64,000 nucleotides of DNA from Planctomycetota bacterium (GTDB taxonomy: Bacteria; Planctomycetota; B15-G4), in assembly GCA_029259715.1 (NCBI GenBank), contig JAJDEP010000004.1, positions 17,649 to 81,648 of the forward strand, read 5' to 3'. Below, in pieces: positions 1-10,070 of the stretch (position 1 is the first letter of the stretch; every line of letters begins with the position of its first letter). A program made the position numbers and the translations under genes. Under the pieces are notes generated by a model. It saw only the letters and a list, made by a program, of their open reading frames with translations, made no database searches and was not told the origin of the DNA.

Positions 1-2493
1 GCTGCTCTTGAAGATGGCGCGGATGGTCGCGTGGCCCAGAATCTTCTCGACGGTCTCGGGCGCGAGCTCGCCTTCGAGGGCCTTCTCCAGGTCTTCCGTC
101 AGCTCGTAGATGATGCTGTAGAGCTTGACGTCGACGCCGGTGCGCTCCGCCTCGCGGCGGGCCTTGGTGTCGGGCACCACTCCGAAGCCGATGATGAACG
201 CACTGCTGGCCTCCGAGAGCACCACGTCGTCCTCGGAGATCGCGCCGACGCCCGAACGGATGACCTTGAAGCGCACCTCGGGGTGGGCCAGGTCCTCGAT
301 CGTGCGCCGCAGCACCTCCAGGCTCGCCTGGGCATCCACCTTGAGCACCACGTTGATCTCGGTGACGTTCTGGTCGGCGATGGTGTCGAACAGGTTCTCG
401 AGGGTGACGGTGTCCACCGGCGCCTCGGTCTGCTCGGCCTCGCGCAAGGTCTCGACGCGCTCGCGCACGACGCCCTTGGCGGCGTTGGCGTCGGCCACCG
501 CCATGAAGGTGGCGCCGGCATGGGGCAGGTTCTCGAATCCGAAGACCTGCACCGGCATCGACGGCCCGGCTTCCTTGACCCGCTTGCCCTGGTCGTTGAC
601 CAGGTAGCGCACACGACCCGTGGTCATGCCCGCGAGCAGGTTGTCCTTGGCGCGCAGCGTGCCGTCGCTCACGACGACCGTCACCACGTTGCCCATGTCG
701 CGGTCCTTGCGGGCGTCGATGACGACGCCGCGGGCCGGGATGTGCGGGTCGGCCCCGAGCTCGAGGATCTCGGTCTCGAGGGCCAGCCGTTCGACGAGCT
801 CTTCGAGGCCGTCGCCGCGCGTCGCCGAACACTCGATCACGCCCACGTCTCCGCCGTAGTCCTCCACCATGACGCCGGCCGAGGCCAGCTGCTGGCGCAC
901 ACGCTGCGGGTTGCTGCCGGGGGTGTCGATCTTGTTGATCGCCACGACCATGGGCACACCGGCCGCGTTGGCGTGGTCGATGGCCTCCTGGGTCTGGGCC
1001 ATGACGCCGTCGTCGGCGGCCACCACGAGCACGGCCACGTCGGTGACCTCGGCCCCGCGGGCGCGCATCTCGGTGAAGGCCTTGTGGCCGGGCGTGTCGA
1101 GGAAGGTCACGGTGGCGCCCGACTTCGTGCTGACCTGGTAGGCGCTCGTCGTCTGGGTGATGCCGCCTGCTTCGCCGGCCGCGACCTTGGAATTGCGCAG
1201 CGCGTCGAGCAACGACGTCTTGCCGTGGTCGACGTGGCCCATGACGGCCACCACCGGCGGGCGCGGCAACACGCCCTTGGACATCGACCGGGCCCGCTCG
1301 TCCTCGGCGACCATGAGCTTGTCTTCCTCGGTCACCGCCTCGAGCACCGTGATCTCGCGGCTGAGCAGGACGCCCAACTCGATCAGGTGCTCTTCCAGCA
1401 GGATCGAGCTCTTGTCGCGAGGATCGAAGGTGTCGGGGAAGTAGCGCAGGATCTCGCGCGCCTTGAGCCCGAGGGTGTCGGCGAGGTCGCGCACACCGAT
1501 CGGAGCGCGCACCGAGACCGGATGGGTCGGCCGCTCCACGGGGCGCTTGGCCCGGCGCGAACCGGGCAGGTTGCGACGACGCGGGGGCGGACGACGCACG
1601 GGGGCCCGGCGACCGCCGAAGTGGCCGATGCGGATGGCCGAGAGGGTCGCGTTGTCCTCGGGATCGAAGACGAAGTCGCCTTCAGTCTGGCTGCCGTGCT
1701 TGCCGCCCTTGCCCTTGCCGCGGTGTCCGGCGCCTTCCTTGCCTTCGCGGCCCGGAGCAGCGGCCGGCTTCTTGGTCGGCATGGGCCGGGTCGGATCGAG
1801 CGGGTCGTATTCCGAGGGCCCGCCGCGCGGACGCTTGGTCTCGCTCGCGGGGAGCTCGATGCGGCCGAGGATCTTGGCGCCGCGGCGCTTGGGAGGAGCC
1901 TTGCCCGTGGTGGCGGCCGCCTCGTCCTTCGGCTTGGCCTCGGCGGGCTCGCCTTCGCCCTCCGCTTCCAGCACCTCGCCGGGGAGCGCCACCTCGCCAC
2001 CGATGGTCACGACCATCTTGTGCTGGCTGTCGTCGTCCTCGTCCGTCGGCTCGCCGGCGGGCGCCGTGCCCGTCGCCTCGGTCGGGGCCGGCGTCTCGGT
2101 CGGCGCTTCGGCCGTCGGCGCGGCGGGCACTTCGTCAGCAGGCGCCACCGTCTCGGCGGGCGCAGCCGACTCTTCGGCCACCGCGGCGGGCTCGACCACC
2201 TCCGGTTCGGCCGGCGGCTCGGGCGTGGCCGCCGGCGGCTCGGGCGCCGCGGCGGGCTTGCCGACGCTCACGCTGATGGAGACGGACGGGCCGCTGGCCT
2301 TGGCCGGCGTGGCCTTCGCGTCCTCCTCCTCCATGTCCGCGAGCTCTTCGGCCCATGCGGCCCGGAGGATGCCCTCGGCACCCTTGGGGATGTTCGAGGA
2401 GTGGCTCTTTACGCCAAGGTTGAGTTCCTTGGAGATGGAGAGGAGCACCTTGCTGTCGGCACCGATTTCCTTTGCCAGCTCATGCAGGCGCAC
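1..2493 (-). CDS. infB: Translation initiation factor IF-2 (3' end runs off the window)
   Basis: The minus strand reads [13 protein letters not shown] after a GAGGAG SD. It contains [26 protein letters not shown] and INKID GTPase motifs, lies directly downstream of nusA, and stays open to base 1. It is absent from the ORF track because there is no stop in the window. Confidence 0.96.
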   Translation of the reverse strand, partial: MRLHELAKEIGADSKVLLSISKELNLGVKSHSSNIPKGAEGILRAAWAEELADMEEEDAKATPAKASGPSVSISVSVGKPAAAPEPPAATPEPPAEPEVVEPAAVAEESAAPAETVAPADEVPAAPTAEAPTETPAPTEATGTAPAGEPTDEDDDSQHKMVVTIGGEVALPGEVLEAEGEGEPAEAKPKDEAAATTGKAPPKRRGAKILGRIELPASETKRPRGGPSEYDPLDPTRPMPTKKPAAAPGREGKEGAGHRGKGKGGKHGSQTEGDFVFDPEDNATLSAIRIGHFGGRRAPVRRPPPRRRNLPGSRRAKRPVERPTHPVSVRAPIGVRDLADTLGLKAREILRYFPDTFDPRDKSSILLEEHLIELGVLLSREITVLEAVTEEDKLMVAEDERARSMSKGVLPRPPVVAVMGHVDHGKTSLLDALRNSKVAAGEAGGITQTTSAYQVSTKSGATVTFLDTPGHKAFTEMRARGAEVTDVAVLVVAADDGVMAQTQEAIDHANAAGVPMVVAINKIDTPGSNPQRVRQQLASAGVMVEDYGGDVGVIECSATRGDGLEELVERLALETEILELGADPHIPARGVVIDARKDRDMGNVVTVVVSDGTLRAKDNLLAGMTTGRVRYLVNDQGKRVKEAGPSMPVQVFGFENLPHAGATFMAVADANAAKGVVRERVETLREAEQTEAPVDTVTLENLFDTIADQNVTEINVVLKVDAQASLEVLRRTIEDLAHPEVRFKVIRSGVGAISEDDVVLSEASSAFIIGFGVVPDTKARREAERTGVDVKLYSIIYELTEDLEKALEGELAPETVEKILGHATIRAIFKSS

Positions 2494-2509
2494 TGTCGCT
2501 CACTCCTCG

Positions 2510-3685
2510 TCACTCCGAGCCCGACGAGTCTTGTTTGACCACGTCGCTCTCGGCTGGGGACGCTTCGGGTTCGCCGGCACCGGCCCCCAAAGTCGTCTCG
2601 GATTCTGTCGATCCTGCACCGTCCGTGCCGGCAGTGTCTGCCTCGGTGGTGCCTTCCCCCTTGTCCGCCTCGGCTGCTTGATTCGAAAGCGCGTGGGCTT
2701 CCGCGGCGGCCGCTTCGTTGATCAACGCGCCGGACTCGTCCCGCGCACTGTGGGGCATCTGGGTCACGCCCTCGATCTTGATGTCCCAACCGGTGAGCCG
2801 CGTGGCCAGGCGCACGTTCTGTCCCTTGCGCCCGATGGCCAGCGCCAACTGATCGTCAGGAACAACGACCCGCGCGATCTTGGTCTCGGGTTCGAGGGTG
2901 AGCGAGGCGAGCTGCGCGGGGCGCAGGGCGTTCGCGATCAGGTCCTCGTCACCCTCCGACCAGCGGATGATGTCGATCTTCTCGCCGTTGAGCTCGTCGG
3001 TGATGGCCTTGATGCGCGTCCCGCGGATGCCCACGCACGCGCCGACGCAATCGACCCGGGGGTCGTTGCTGTGCACGGCGATCTTGGTGCGGTAGCCGGG
3101 CTCGCGGGCGATGCGGCGGATCTCGATGACGCCCTCGTTGACCTCCGGCACCTCCAGCTCGAACAGGCGCTTGACCAGGTCGGGGGTCACGCGGCTGAGC
3201 AGGATCTTGACCCGCATGCCCACCTGCTTGACCTCGGTGATGATCCCGCGGATGCGGTCGCCCGGGCTGTACATCTCGCCGCGGACCCGCTCGGCCCGGG
3301 GGATGATGGCCTCGGCCTTGGAGATGTTCACGATCAGGGCGCCGCCCTCGATGCGCTGGACGGTGCCGAGCACGAGCTGGCCCACCCGTCCTTCGAACTC
3401 CGAGAAGACGACCTTGTTCTCGGCCTCGCGCAGCGACTGGATGATGACCTGCTTGGCCGTCTGGGCTGCGATGCGGCCGAGGTCGATGGCGCCGGTCTCG
3501 ACTTCGCTGGTGACGGCCATCTCGCCGCTGGAGCGATCGATGGTGCAGACGATGGGCACGTCTTCGCCCACCTTCTTCTGGATCGCCGCGACCATGGCAT
3601 TCTCGATGGTCTCGAAGATCAACTCGGTCTCGATGTCCTTCTCGAGGTGGATCGCTTCGATGATGCGCAGCAATTCGCCGTTCAT
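2510..3685 (-). CDS. nusA: Transcription termination/antitermination factor NusA
   Basis: MNGELLRIIE start; GRIAAQTAKQVI, S1 domain, KH motifs AREPGYRTKIAV, GACVGIRG and AIGRKGQNVRLA; acidic tail. Confidence 0.97.
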   Translation of the reverse strand: MNGELLRIIEAIHLEKDIETELIFETIENAMVAAIQKKVGEDVPIVCTIDRSSGEMAVTSEVETGAIDLGRIAAQTAKQVIIQSLREAENKVVFSEFEGRVGQLVLGTVQRIEGGALIVNISKAEAIIPRAERVRGEMYSPGDRIRGIITEVKQVGMRVKILLSRVTPDLVKRLFELEVPEVNEGVIEIRRIAREPGYRTKIAVHSNDPRVDCVGACVGIRGTRIKAITDELNGEKIDIIRWSEGDEDLIANALRPAQLASLTLEPETKIARVVVPDDQLALAIGRKGQNVRLATRLTGWDIKIEGVTQMPHSARDESGALINEAAAAEAHALSNQAAEADKGEGTTEADTAGTDGAGSTESETTLGAGAGEPEASPAESDVVKQDSSGSE

Positions 3686-3732
3686 TGTCGATCTCCTTCC
3701 TCGATTCGGACTTTTGTGACGGACGCGGGCAC

Positions 3733-3764
3733 AAACGAAAACAAGTGGGCCGAGGACCCACTTG
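3733..3764 (-). terminator. rimP-leader-like attenuator hairpin upstream of nusA-infB
   Basis: Minus strand CAAGTGGG-TCCTCGG-CCCACTTG followed by TTTTCGTTT. The GGG/CCC hairpin and its position match the described rimP/nusA leader. Confidence 0.7.
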
Positions 3765-3799
3765 CGTCCAGATCTGCTCGGTCCAGCCGTAGCCGCCCA

Positions 3800-3828
3800 T
3801 AAATAAGGCTCTGGCATGGGCTTGTCAA
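3800..3828 (-). promoter_or_regulatory. Putative sigma70 promoter of nusA-infB
   Basis: Minus strand TTGACA, 17 nt spacer, then TATTTA, upstream of the leader hairpin. Confidence 0.55.
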
Positions 3829-3933
3829 ACCCGGCGGGCCTCATGGGAGGCCCCCCTCGCCTTGACCGTGCCGCGCAGGCGCCCCTACGATTTCCGGGTT
3901 ATCAGCAGCTCCCCCGCCCCCTGGCAGCCCGCC

Positions 3934-5298
3934 ATGACGACCTCATCCTCGGGTCCCGCGACCGACCCTTCGACGCCCCCCGCCGGCGCGGCCTCCGCCG
4001 CCACCGGGTCGGGCCGGGCGCAGCTGCAGGTGGCCCTCGACTTCCTGATCCTGTCGCGCGCCCTGAAGGTGGCCGAAGAAGCCGTCGCCGGCGGGGCCGA
4101 CATCCTCGAGGTGGGCACGCCCCTGCTGAAGAGCGAGGGCCTCGATGCGGTGCGCGCCCTGCGTGAACGCTGGCCGCGCATCCCCATCGTCGCCGACACC
4201 AAGACCATGGACGCCGGTCGCACCGAGATGGAGATGGCCGCCAAGGCCGGCGCCACCCACGCCACCGTGCTCGCCGCCGCCTCCGACGCGACCATCCGCG
4301 AGTGCGTCGAGGTCGGCGCCAACTACGGCATCGAGGTGATCGTCGACCTCGTGGGCGTCGCCGATCCCGCCGAGCGGGCGCGCCAGGTCGCCGCCCTGGG
4401 TGCCCGCGCCGTGGGCGTCCACTGCGCCATCGACGAGCAGATGCTCGGCCGCGCGCCCTTCGAGGTGCTGAACGCCGTGCGCCGGGCCGTCGACATCAAG
4501 GTGCTGGTCGCCGGCGGCATCAACCTCGCCACGGCCGGCGCGGCCGCCGCCGCCGGCGCCGACGTGGTCATCGTGGGCGGCGCCATCTCCAAGTCGCCGG
4601 ACGCCCGAGGCGCCACCGCCGAACTGGTGGCCGCGCTCGCGAGTGGTGCGGCCGCGTCCACCGCCGACTTCATGCGCTACGACGAGGCGACCCTGCGCGA
4701 GGCCTTCCTCAAGGCCTCCACGCCCAACATCTCCGACGCGATGCACCGGGGCGGCGTGCTGCAGGGGCTGCCGGCCGTCGTCTCCGGCGTGAAGATGATC
4801 GGGCGGGCGGTCACCGTGCGCACCTATCCCGGCGACTGGGCCAAGCCGGTGGAGGCCATCGACATCGCCCAGGCCGGCGAGGTGCTCGTCATCGACGCGG
4901 GCGGACGCCCCCCCGCCATCTGGGGCGAGCTGGCCACCGAGTCGTGCTTGCAGCGCGGCATCTCCGGCGTGGTCATCGACGGGGCCATCCGCGACATCGA
5001 CACCATCCGCGAGAGCCGCTTCCCCGCCTTCGCCCGGCACATCTGCCCCAACGCCTGGGAGCCCAAGGGCTTCGGCGAGATCAACAAGCCCGTCACCGTG
5101 GGCGGGCAGTCCGTGCGCCCGGGCGACTGGATCGTGGGCGACGAATCGGGCGTGGTCTGCATCCCCGCTGAGCGGGCCGTCGAGATCGGCAACCGGGCCC
5201 TCGATGTGGCCGAGATGGAGAACCGCGTGCGCGGCGAGATCCGCGGCGGCTCGACCCTGTCGCAGGTGGCCGAGATCTATCGCTGGGAAAAGAAGTAG
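3934..5298 (+). CDS. 3-hexulose-6-phosphate synthase (OMPDC-like barrel) fused to an RraA/HMG-aldolase family domain
   Basis: N-half: LQVALD, EVGTPL, ADTKTMDAG, VAGGI. C-half: TPNISDAM, AIWGELA, VIDGAIRD, GDWIVGDESGVV. Confidence 0.9.
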   Translation: MTTSSSGPATDPSTPPAGAASAATGSGRAQLQVALDFLILSRALKVAEEAVAGGADILEVGTPLLKSEGLDAVRALRERWPRIPIVADTKTMDAGRTEMEMAAKAGATHATVLAAASDATIRECVEVGANYGIEVIVDLVGVADPAERARQVAALGARAVGVHCAIDEQMLGRAPFEVLNAVRRAVDIKVLVAGGINLATAGAAAAAGADVVIVGGAISKSPDARGATAELVAALASGAAASTADFMRYDEATLREAFLKASTPNISDAMHRGGVLQGLPAVVSGVKMIGRAVTVRTYPGDWAKPVEAIDIAQAGEVLVIDAGGRPPAIWGELATESCLQRGISGVVIDGAIRDIDTIRESRFPAFARHICPNAWEPKGFGEINKPVTVGGQSVRPGDWIVGDESGVVCIPAERAVEIGNRALDVAEMENRVRGEIRGGSTLSQVAEIYRWEKK

Positions 5299-5520
5299 GT
5301 GGACCACCCGCAGGACCGCATCGCGGTCACCGTGAACGGCGAGTCGCACGACGTGGACGCCGACCTCCACGTCTCCGGCCTGCTCGAGCACCTGGGCGTG
5401 AAGGCCACCGCCTGCGCCGTCGAGGTCAACCGCGAGATCGTCCCGCGCTCCGCCCACGCCGATCGACACTTGCGGCCGGGCGACGCCATCGAGATCGTGA
5501 GCTTCGTCGGCGGCGGCTAG
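5299..5520 (+). CDS. thiS: Sulfur carrier protein ThiS
   Basis: 73 aa, VNGE and AVEVNREIV motifs, C-terminal IVSFVGGG; next to thiG. Confidence 0.95.
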   Translation: MDHPQDRIAVTVNGESHDVDADLHVSGLLEHLGVKATACAVEVNREIVPRSAHADRHLRPGDAIEIVSFVGGG

Positions 5521-5538
5521 CCGCTAACAGCAGGACGC

Positions 5539-6369
5539 ATGGCGGGAGGCGAGGACAGCATGGACGCACACCACGATTCCGAGACGCAGCCCCACGACGA
5601 GCCCCTCGTCATCGGCGGACGCAGCTTCGGCTCGCGCCTCTTCGTGGGCACGGGCAAGTACAGCACCTTCCGGGTGATGCGCGCAGCCCACGAGGCCTCC
5701 GGCACCGAGTGCGTGACCCTCGCCGTGCGCCGGGTCGACATCTCCGGCGACGCCGAGTCCTTGCTCGATCACATCGATACCGAGCGCATCACCCTGCTGC
5801 CGAACACGGCCGGGTGCTTCAACGCCGACGACGCCGTGCGCACCTGCCGCCTGGCCCGCGAAGCCCTCGGCACCGACTTCGTGAAGCTCGAGGTGCTCGC
5901 CGACGCCGACACCCTGCTGCCCGATCCCATCGAGACCCTGGCCGCAGCGAAGACCCTGGTGGACGAGGGCTTCCAGGTGCTCGTCTACACCAACGACGAC
6001 CCGGTGGTGGCGCGACGCCTGCAGGACCTCGGCGTCGCGGCCGTGATGCCGCTGGGCTCGCCCATCGGTTCGGGGCTCGGGCTGCTCAACCCGCGCAACA
6101 TCGCCGCCATCAAGGCCGCCGCGACGGTACCCATCGTCGTCGACGCCGGAGTGGGCACGGCCTCCGACGTCGCCGTCGCCTTCGAGCTGGGCGTCGACGG
6201 CGTGCTGCTCAACACCGCCATCGCCCTGGCCGACGATCCGGTGCGCATGGCGAGCGCCATGAAGCACGCCGCATGGGCCGGGCGCGAGGCCTTCCTCGCG
6301 GGCCGCATGCCCCGCCGCGCCGAGGCCCACCCGAGCTCGCCCACCGGCGGCCTCATCGCAGCGAGCTGA
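5539..6369 (+). CDS. thiG: Thiazole synthase
   Basis: [41 protein letters not shown]. The start may be the ATG at 5560. Confidence 0.97.
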   Translation: MAGGEDSMDAHHDSETQPHDEPLVIGGRSFGSRLFVGTGKYSTFRVMRAAHEASGTECVTLAVRRVDISGDAESLLDHIDTERITLLPNTAGCFNADDAVRTCRLAREALGTDFVKLEVLADADTLLPDPIETLAAAKTLVDEGFQVLVYTNDDPVVARRLQDLGVAAVMPLGSPIGSGLGLLNPRNIAAIKAAATVPIVVDAGVGTASDVAVAFELGVDGVLLNTAIALADDPVRMASAMKHAAWAGREAFLAGRMPRRAEAHPSSPTGGLIAAS

Positions 6370-6376
6370 GCGTTCC

Positions 6377-7525
6377 ATGGCGTCGTCGCCCCCACGGCAG
6401 CCCCATCCACGTCGGCCCAGTCCTCTGCAGCCCAGTCCACGACAGCCCAGTCGACTCGGACGCACCGCCCTGCCACGGGAGGTGCTCGCGCAACGCACGG
6501 CCGCGACGTCGCTGCAGGCCCTGGGTTTCGAAGGGCTGACGCAGCTGTGCCGGGCCGAGACCGCCGCCCACGCGCCGGACCCCACCTCCGCCCTCGACCC
6601 GCGCACGGACCTGCCCGTGGCCTACAGCCCCGCGCGCGCCGGGCGCGCCGCGTCAGGCCACTGCGTCGTGTGTGACAGCGAGACCTGCCCGGCCGTGGAC
6701 GTGGCCGACTGGCCCGGCACACGCGCCGACGACGACGGACACGCCGACGCGGCCTGGCTCACCCCCAACCTCTTCCCCAACGTCTACCCCTTCACCCCCG
6801 AGGAGCAGGCGGGCGCGGAGCAGGGCATGCGCGGGATCCACCTCGTGCAGTGGACCAGCCGTCACCATGGTCGTCGCTTCTCGGACGCGGCGCGACTGAT
6901 CGTCGGACAGCTCGCCGCGGCGGAGGAGTTCCTGCTGCACAACGCGCCCGCCATCTACCCCGACACCGGCGACGGCCATCGCGGCCATGTCGGCATCATC
7001 AAGAATCGCGGCAGCCAGGTCGGGGGTTCGGTCGAGCATGATCACCAACAGATCCTGCTCACAAATGCCGAGCCGGCCGAGCCCCGGCGGGTCAGGGGTC
7101 TGGGCGCCGCCCTGCTGCGGGACGCGCCCGCGGAGCTCACCGTCGACACGGTGGACGGCCTCGCGACCACCATCGTGCCGCCCTTCATGTCGCGGCCGCT
7201 GCAGGCCTTCGTCGTGCCCGCCACCGCCACGCGCCCGCCCGATTCGGGTCACCTGCACCACCTCGCGCCCGATGTCCTCGACGCATTCGCGGTCGCCATC
7301 GGGCGACTCGCCGCCGCGGCCGACACCTGCATGTCGCACCGCGACGGCGGCGGCGAACCCGCCTGGAACCTGATCGTCCACACGGGACACCAATGCGGGC
7401 CGCTGGTCGAGCTGCGCCCCTTCACCCAGCCCCTCGGTGGCTATGAACACCTCGGGCTCTACGTGTGCGAAGAGCTGCCCTCCACCTCGGCGGCCCGTCT
7501 GCGCGAGGCCCTGCCTCAGAGCTGA
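6377..7525 (+). CDS. GalT-branch HIT-fold nucleotidyltransferase-like protein
   Basis: CxxC (CVVC), PNLFP, KNRGSQVGGSVEHDHQQI (HxHxQ motif) and GGYE near the C-terminus. Confidence 0.65.
   Translation: MASSPPRQPHPRRPSPLQPSPRQPSRLGRTALPREVLAQRTAATSLQALGFEGLTQLCRAETAAHAPDPTSALDPRTDLPVAYSPARAGRAASGHCVVCDSETCPAVDVADWPGTRADDDGHADAAWLTPNLFPNVYPFTPEEQAGAEQGMRGIHLVQWTSRHHGRRFSDAARLIVGQLAAAEEFLLHNAPAIYPDTGDGHRGHVGIIKNRGSQVGGSVEHDHQQILLTNAEPAEPRRVRGLGAALLRDAPAELTVDTVDGLATTIVPPFMSRPLQAFVVPATATRPPDSGHLHHLAPDVLDAFAVAIGRLAAAADTCMSHRDGGGEPAWNLIVHTGHQCGPLVELRPFTQPLGGYEHLGLYVCEELPSTSAARLREALPQS
6391..6455 (+). repeat. Imperfect 15-nt tandem repeat encoding PRQPH/PRRPS/PLQPS/PRQPS
   Basis: About four cagcccagtccacga-like units at the 5' end of the GalT-like ORF. 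Confidence 0.6.
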
Positions 7526-9433
7526 TCAGCGGGCCGAGCCGGACGTCTCGCGATGCGCCTGCTTGAGCCGTTTCAGCTCACGCTGCTTCAGGCTCTCGTC
7601 GTGCTGCCGGCCCTCGTGCTGCAGCTTGCGTTCGTGCAGCTCGCGCCTGTGCAACTCGTGGAAGTGGAGCTTCTCGAGGGCGCGTTGGGTGTCCTCGGCA
7701 CTGAGGCGTCCGCTCTCCCGCGCTGCGTTGAGCTTGAGCCGCGCCGCCTCGAGGTCGAAGGCCTTGCGGGTCTTGAGGAACACCCGCTCATCCTCCACCA
7801 ACAGGCCATCGCCGGCCGGATGCCGACCGGCCTCGACAGCAGCGAGCTGTTCGCGCAGCACCTCGAGGTTGCTGCCCAACTCGGCCAGCTTGATGGCGGC
7901 CGTGGCCTCGTCGAGGTGTTGGGCCTCGACGGCGAGGCGCACCTTGGACATGTGCTGCTCGAGCTCCTCGACTTTCTTGTGCATGGCCTTGGCCAACAAC
8001 GGTCCGTCGTCGATGCCGTGCCGGGCCTTCTCGATGCCGTGCCGCTCGCCGCCCGGCGCCGGCTTTCGGCGCAGGTGCAGGAGGTCGTCCTCGCCATCCA
8101 TGGAGTGCGCCCGGTGATGCTTGAGGTCGGCGAGGCGCTGCTTGCCCTGCGCCTCGGTCATCGAGCCGTTTTTGATGCCGGCCTTGACCTCTTCGTGGAG
8201 CTGCCGCAGTTCGGCGTGGAATTGACGCCGCTCGGCCGCGAGCTCGGCGGCATGGTAGACGGCATGCACCGGCGCGGGGTTGTCGGACACGCCGACCAGC
8301 ACCGCGAAGAGCAGGTCGTCCGCGATGCCCGCGGCCCGCATCTGCGCCAGCAGTTCGGCCGTCGCCGCATCGTGTTCGCCGACCACCTTCACGACGTCCA
8401 CGTCCGACAGGTCGAGCGGACGCCGGCGCTCCTGCTCGTCGTCGTTGCCTGAAAAACCGAGCGCCGAGACGCCGACGGTCAGCACCAGGGCGGCCAGGGC
8501 GGGCGCCATCCAGGCGCCGACGAAGCGTTCGCGCTCGTCGCGGACGCCGAGCAAGCGGGAAATGCGAAGCATGAGTGAACCTCCGGTAGCCGCCAGGGTC
8601 GGCGCCGACGAGACGCGCAGGGCGTCGAGGTCGGAGAGGGCCCGGGCGAAGGTGAGCGCATCGCCGCAGGTCTCCACGGCGACGTCGTCGCAGCAGCACT
8701 CGCGTTCGATGCGCATGCGATCCGAGAGCCACCAGACCGCGGGATGAAAGAAGAACAGCGACTCGCAAACGATCTGGCCCAGGTTGACGAGGGCGTCGTG
8801 GCGGCGGATGTGGGCCAACTCGTGCGCCAGCACGGCCCGCAACTGCTCCGACGAGAGCCCGGTGAGCGCGGAGGCGGGGACGAGCACGACAGGCTTGAGC
8901 CAACCCACCACCATGGGCACCGTGGCCCGGGCTGACAGGAAGGCCTCCACCGGCCGCCGCATCCCTATCGCCGCGCTGATCTCGGCCACCGCGGCACGCC
9001 AGCGCGGGGGCAGGCGACCCAGGCCCTCGCGACGCAGGGAGCGCGCCGCCATCAGCTGCAACACCAGGCGCACCTGCATGACCCCGAGACCGCCGACCCA
9101 GGCGAGCGTGACCCATGGCAGCGCGTCGCGCAGGACGACCTGCCAGGAACCCGTCACCAACTGCTGCAGTCCCGCGAAGGCCACGGCGGATCCGGGCGCC
9201 GGCCCCGCGCCCCGCCCGGCGACCAGCCCCACCGTCACGAGGAAGCCGACGAAGAGGGTCGCCAAACCGGCGCCGCAGACGACGTAGCGCAACTCGGCGC
9301 GCCGCTGTCCCACGAGGCGCAACAGCAGCGCCGTGACGCAGGCGACAACGGCGCCCTGCCACAGGAAGTGCAACAGCGACCAGCCCACGATCACGGCCGT
9401 CGCTTCCCAGCCCGTCGGAAGCGGCACGTTCAT
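7526..9433 (-). CDS. M56 family (BlaR1/MecR1-type) membrane metallopeptidase with a charged coiled-coil C-terminus
   Basis: GWSLLHFLWQG, PMVVGWLKP, HELAHIRRHD (HExxH), FFFHPAVWW, ERECCCDD. ATGA overlap with the upstream blaI-like gene. Confidence 0.92.
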   Translation of the reverse strand: MNVPLPTGWEATAVIVGWSLLHFLWQGAVVACVTALLLRLVGQRRAELRYVVCGAGLATLFVGFLVTVGLVAGRGAGPAPGSAVAFAGLQQLVTGSWQVVLRDALPWVTLAWVGGLGVMQVRLVLQLMAARSLRREGLGRLPPRWRAAVAEISAAIGMRRPVEAFLSARATVPMVVGWLKPVVLVPASALTGLSSEQLRAVLAHELAHIRRHDALVNLGQIVCESLFFFHPAVWWLSDRMRIERECCCDDVAVETCGDALTFARALSDLDALRVSSAPTLAATGGSLMLRISRLLGVRDERERFVGAWMAPALAALVLTVGVSALGFSGNDDEQERRRPLDLSDVDVVKVVGEHDAATAELLAQMRAAGIADDLLFAVLVGVSDNPAPVHAVYHAAELAAERRQFHAELRQLHEEVKAGIKNGSMTEAQGKQRLADLKHHRAHSMDGEDDLLHLRRKPAPGGERHGIEKARHGIDDGPLLAKAMHKKVEELEQHMSKVRLAVEAQHLDEATAAIKLAELGSNLEVLREQLAAVEAGRHPAGDGLLVEDERVFLKTRKAFDLEAARLKLNAARESGRLSAEDTQRALEKLHFHELHRRELHERKLQHEGRQHDESLKQRELKRLKQAHRETSGSAR

Positions 9434-9819
9434 CGTCTGCCCTTCTCGTGCCGATCGAGCAGCGCCTGGATCTTGCGGCGCTCCTCGGGCGACGTGCGTC
9501 GCGACGTGAGGGCTTGCAGCACGAGGTTGCCGGGCGACCCGTCGAAGGCCCGCTCGAGCAGGTCGGCTACCAGGGCCTTCTGGGTCTGGGCCTGGGTGCG
9601 CGAGGCCCGGAACACCTGGGGCCGCACCGACTCGTCGCGCTGCAGCAGGCCCTTCTCGGTCATGATCTGCATGACCTTCAGCACCGTGGTGTGCCCCATG
9701 TCGCGCTGTTGCGACAGGTGCTCGTGCACCTCCCGGACCGTGCCCGCCCCCAGTTCCCACAGGGCGTTGAGGATCTCGAGCTCGGTGTCGGTGGGCCGTT
9801 TGCTGGCAGGTCGCGCCAT
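9430..9819 (-). CDS. BlaI/MecI/CopY family transcriptional repressor
   Basis: PTDTELEILNALW, TVREVH, TTVLKVMQIMTEKG, AFDGS; coupled to the M56 gene. Confidence 0.93.
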   Translation of the reverse strand: MARPASKRPTDTELEILNALWELGAGTVREVHEHLSQQRDMGHTTVLKVMQIMTEKGLLQRDESVRPQVFRASRTQAQTQKALVADLLERAFDGSPGNLVLQALTSRRTSPEERRKIQALLDRHEKGRR

Positions 9820-9891
9820 GGCGTGTCTCCCCATCGGAGCGAGGCCGTGCGCAGCGTCGCGCACCGGCCCGTGCGAACACGTCCTTGTTAT

Positions 9892-9947
9892 ACGAATTCC
9901 TTCGTCATGTCGACCCCGTCGTCACGAAAGTTGACGAATTCCTTCGT
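9892..9947. promoter_or_regulatory. Two identical palindromic operators ACGAA-TTCC-TTCGT (9892-9905 and 9934-9947), probable BlaI sites
   Basis: Exact 14-bp direct repeat at 42-bp pitch, each copy an inverted repeat. The first abuts a minus-strand TATAAC (9887-9892) upstream of blaI. Confidence 0.75.
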
Positions 9948-10070
9948 ATTGACCGGAATCGAACGGATCGAAACCCGTCCCGGGCGCGGTCCGGGTCACT
10001 GTCCGGGTCACCGTCGGGCACCGCTTGTCACCGCCGGGCGCGACGTTCAGCGCCTCAGCGCGCCCGTTAC

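Noticed and set aside
31-2538. 835-aa plus-strand ORF (and 1463-3802)
   Set aside because: Antisense shadows of infB and nusA; long stop-free opposite frames are expected at this GC content.
3830-3933. TPP riboswitch upstream of the thiS/thiG operon
   Set aside because: No CTGAGA or CCTGA...GCGTAGG-type core is visible.
7526-9880. 784-aa M56 ORF as a BlaI-M56 fusion
   Set aside because: The extension overlaps blaI in another frame; the real start is the ATG at 9433.
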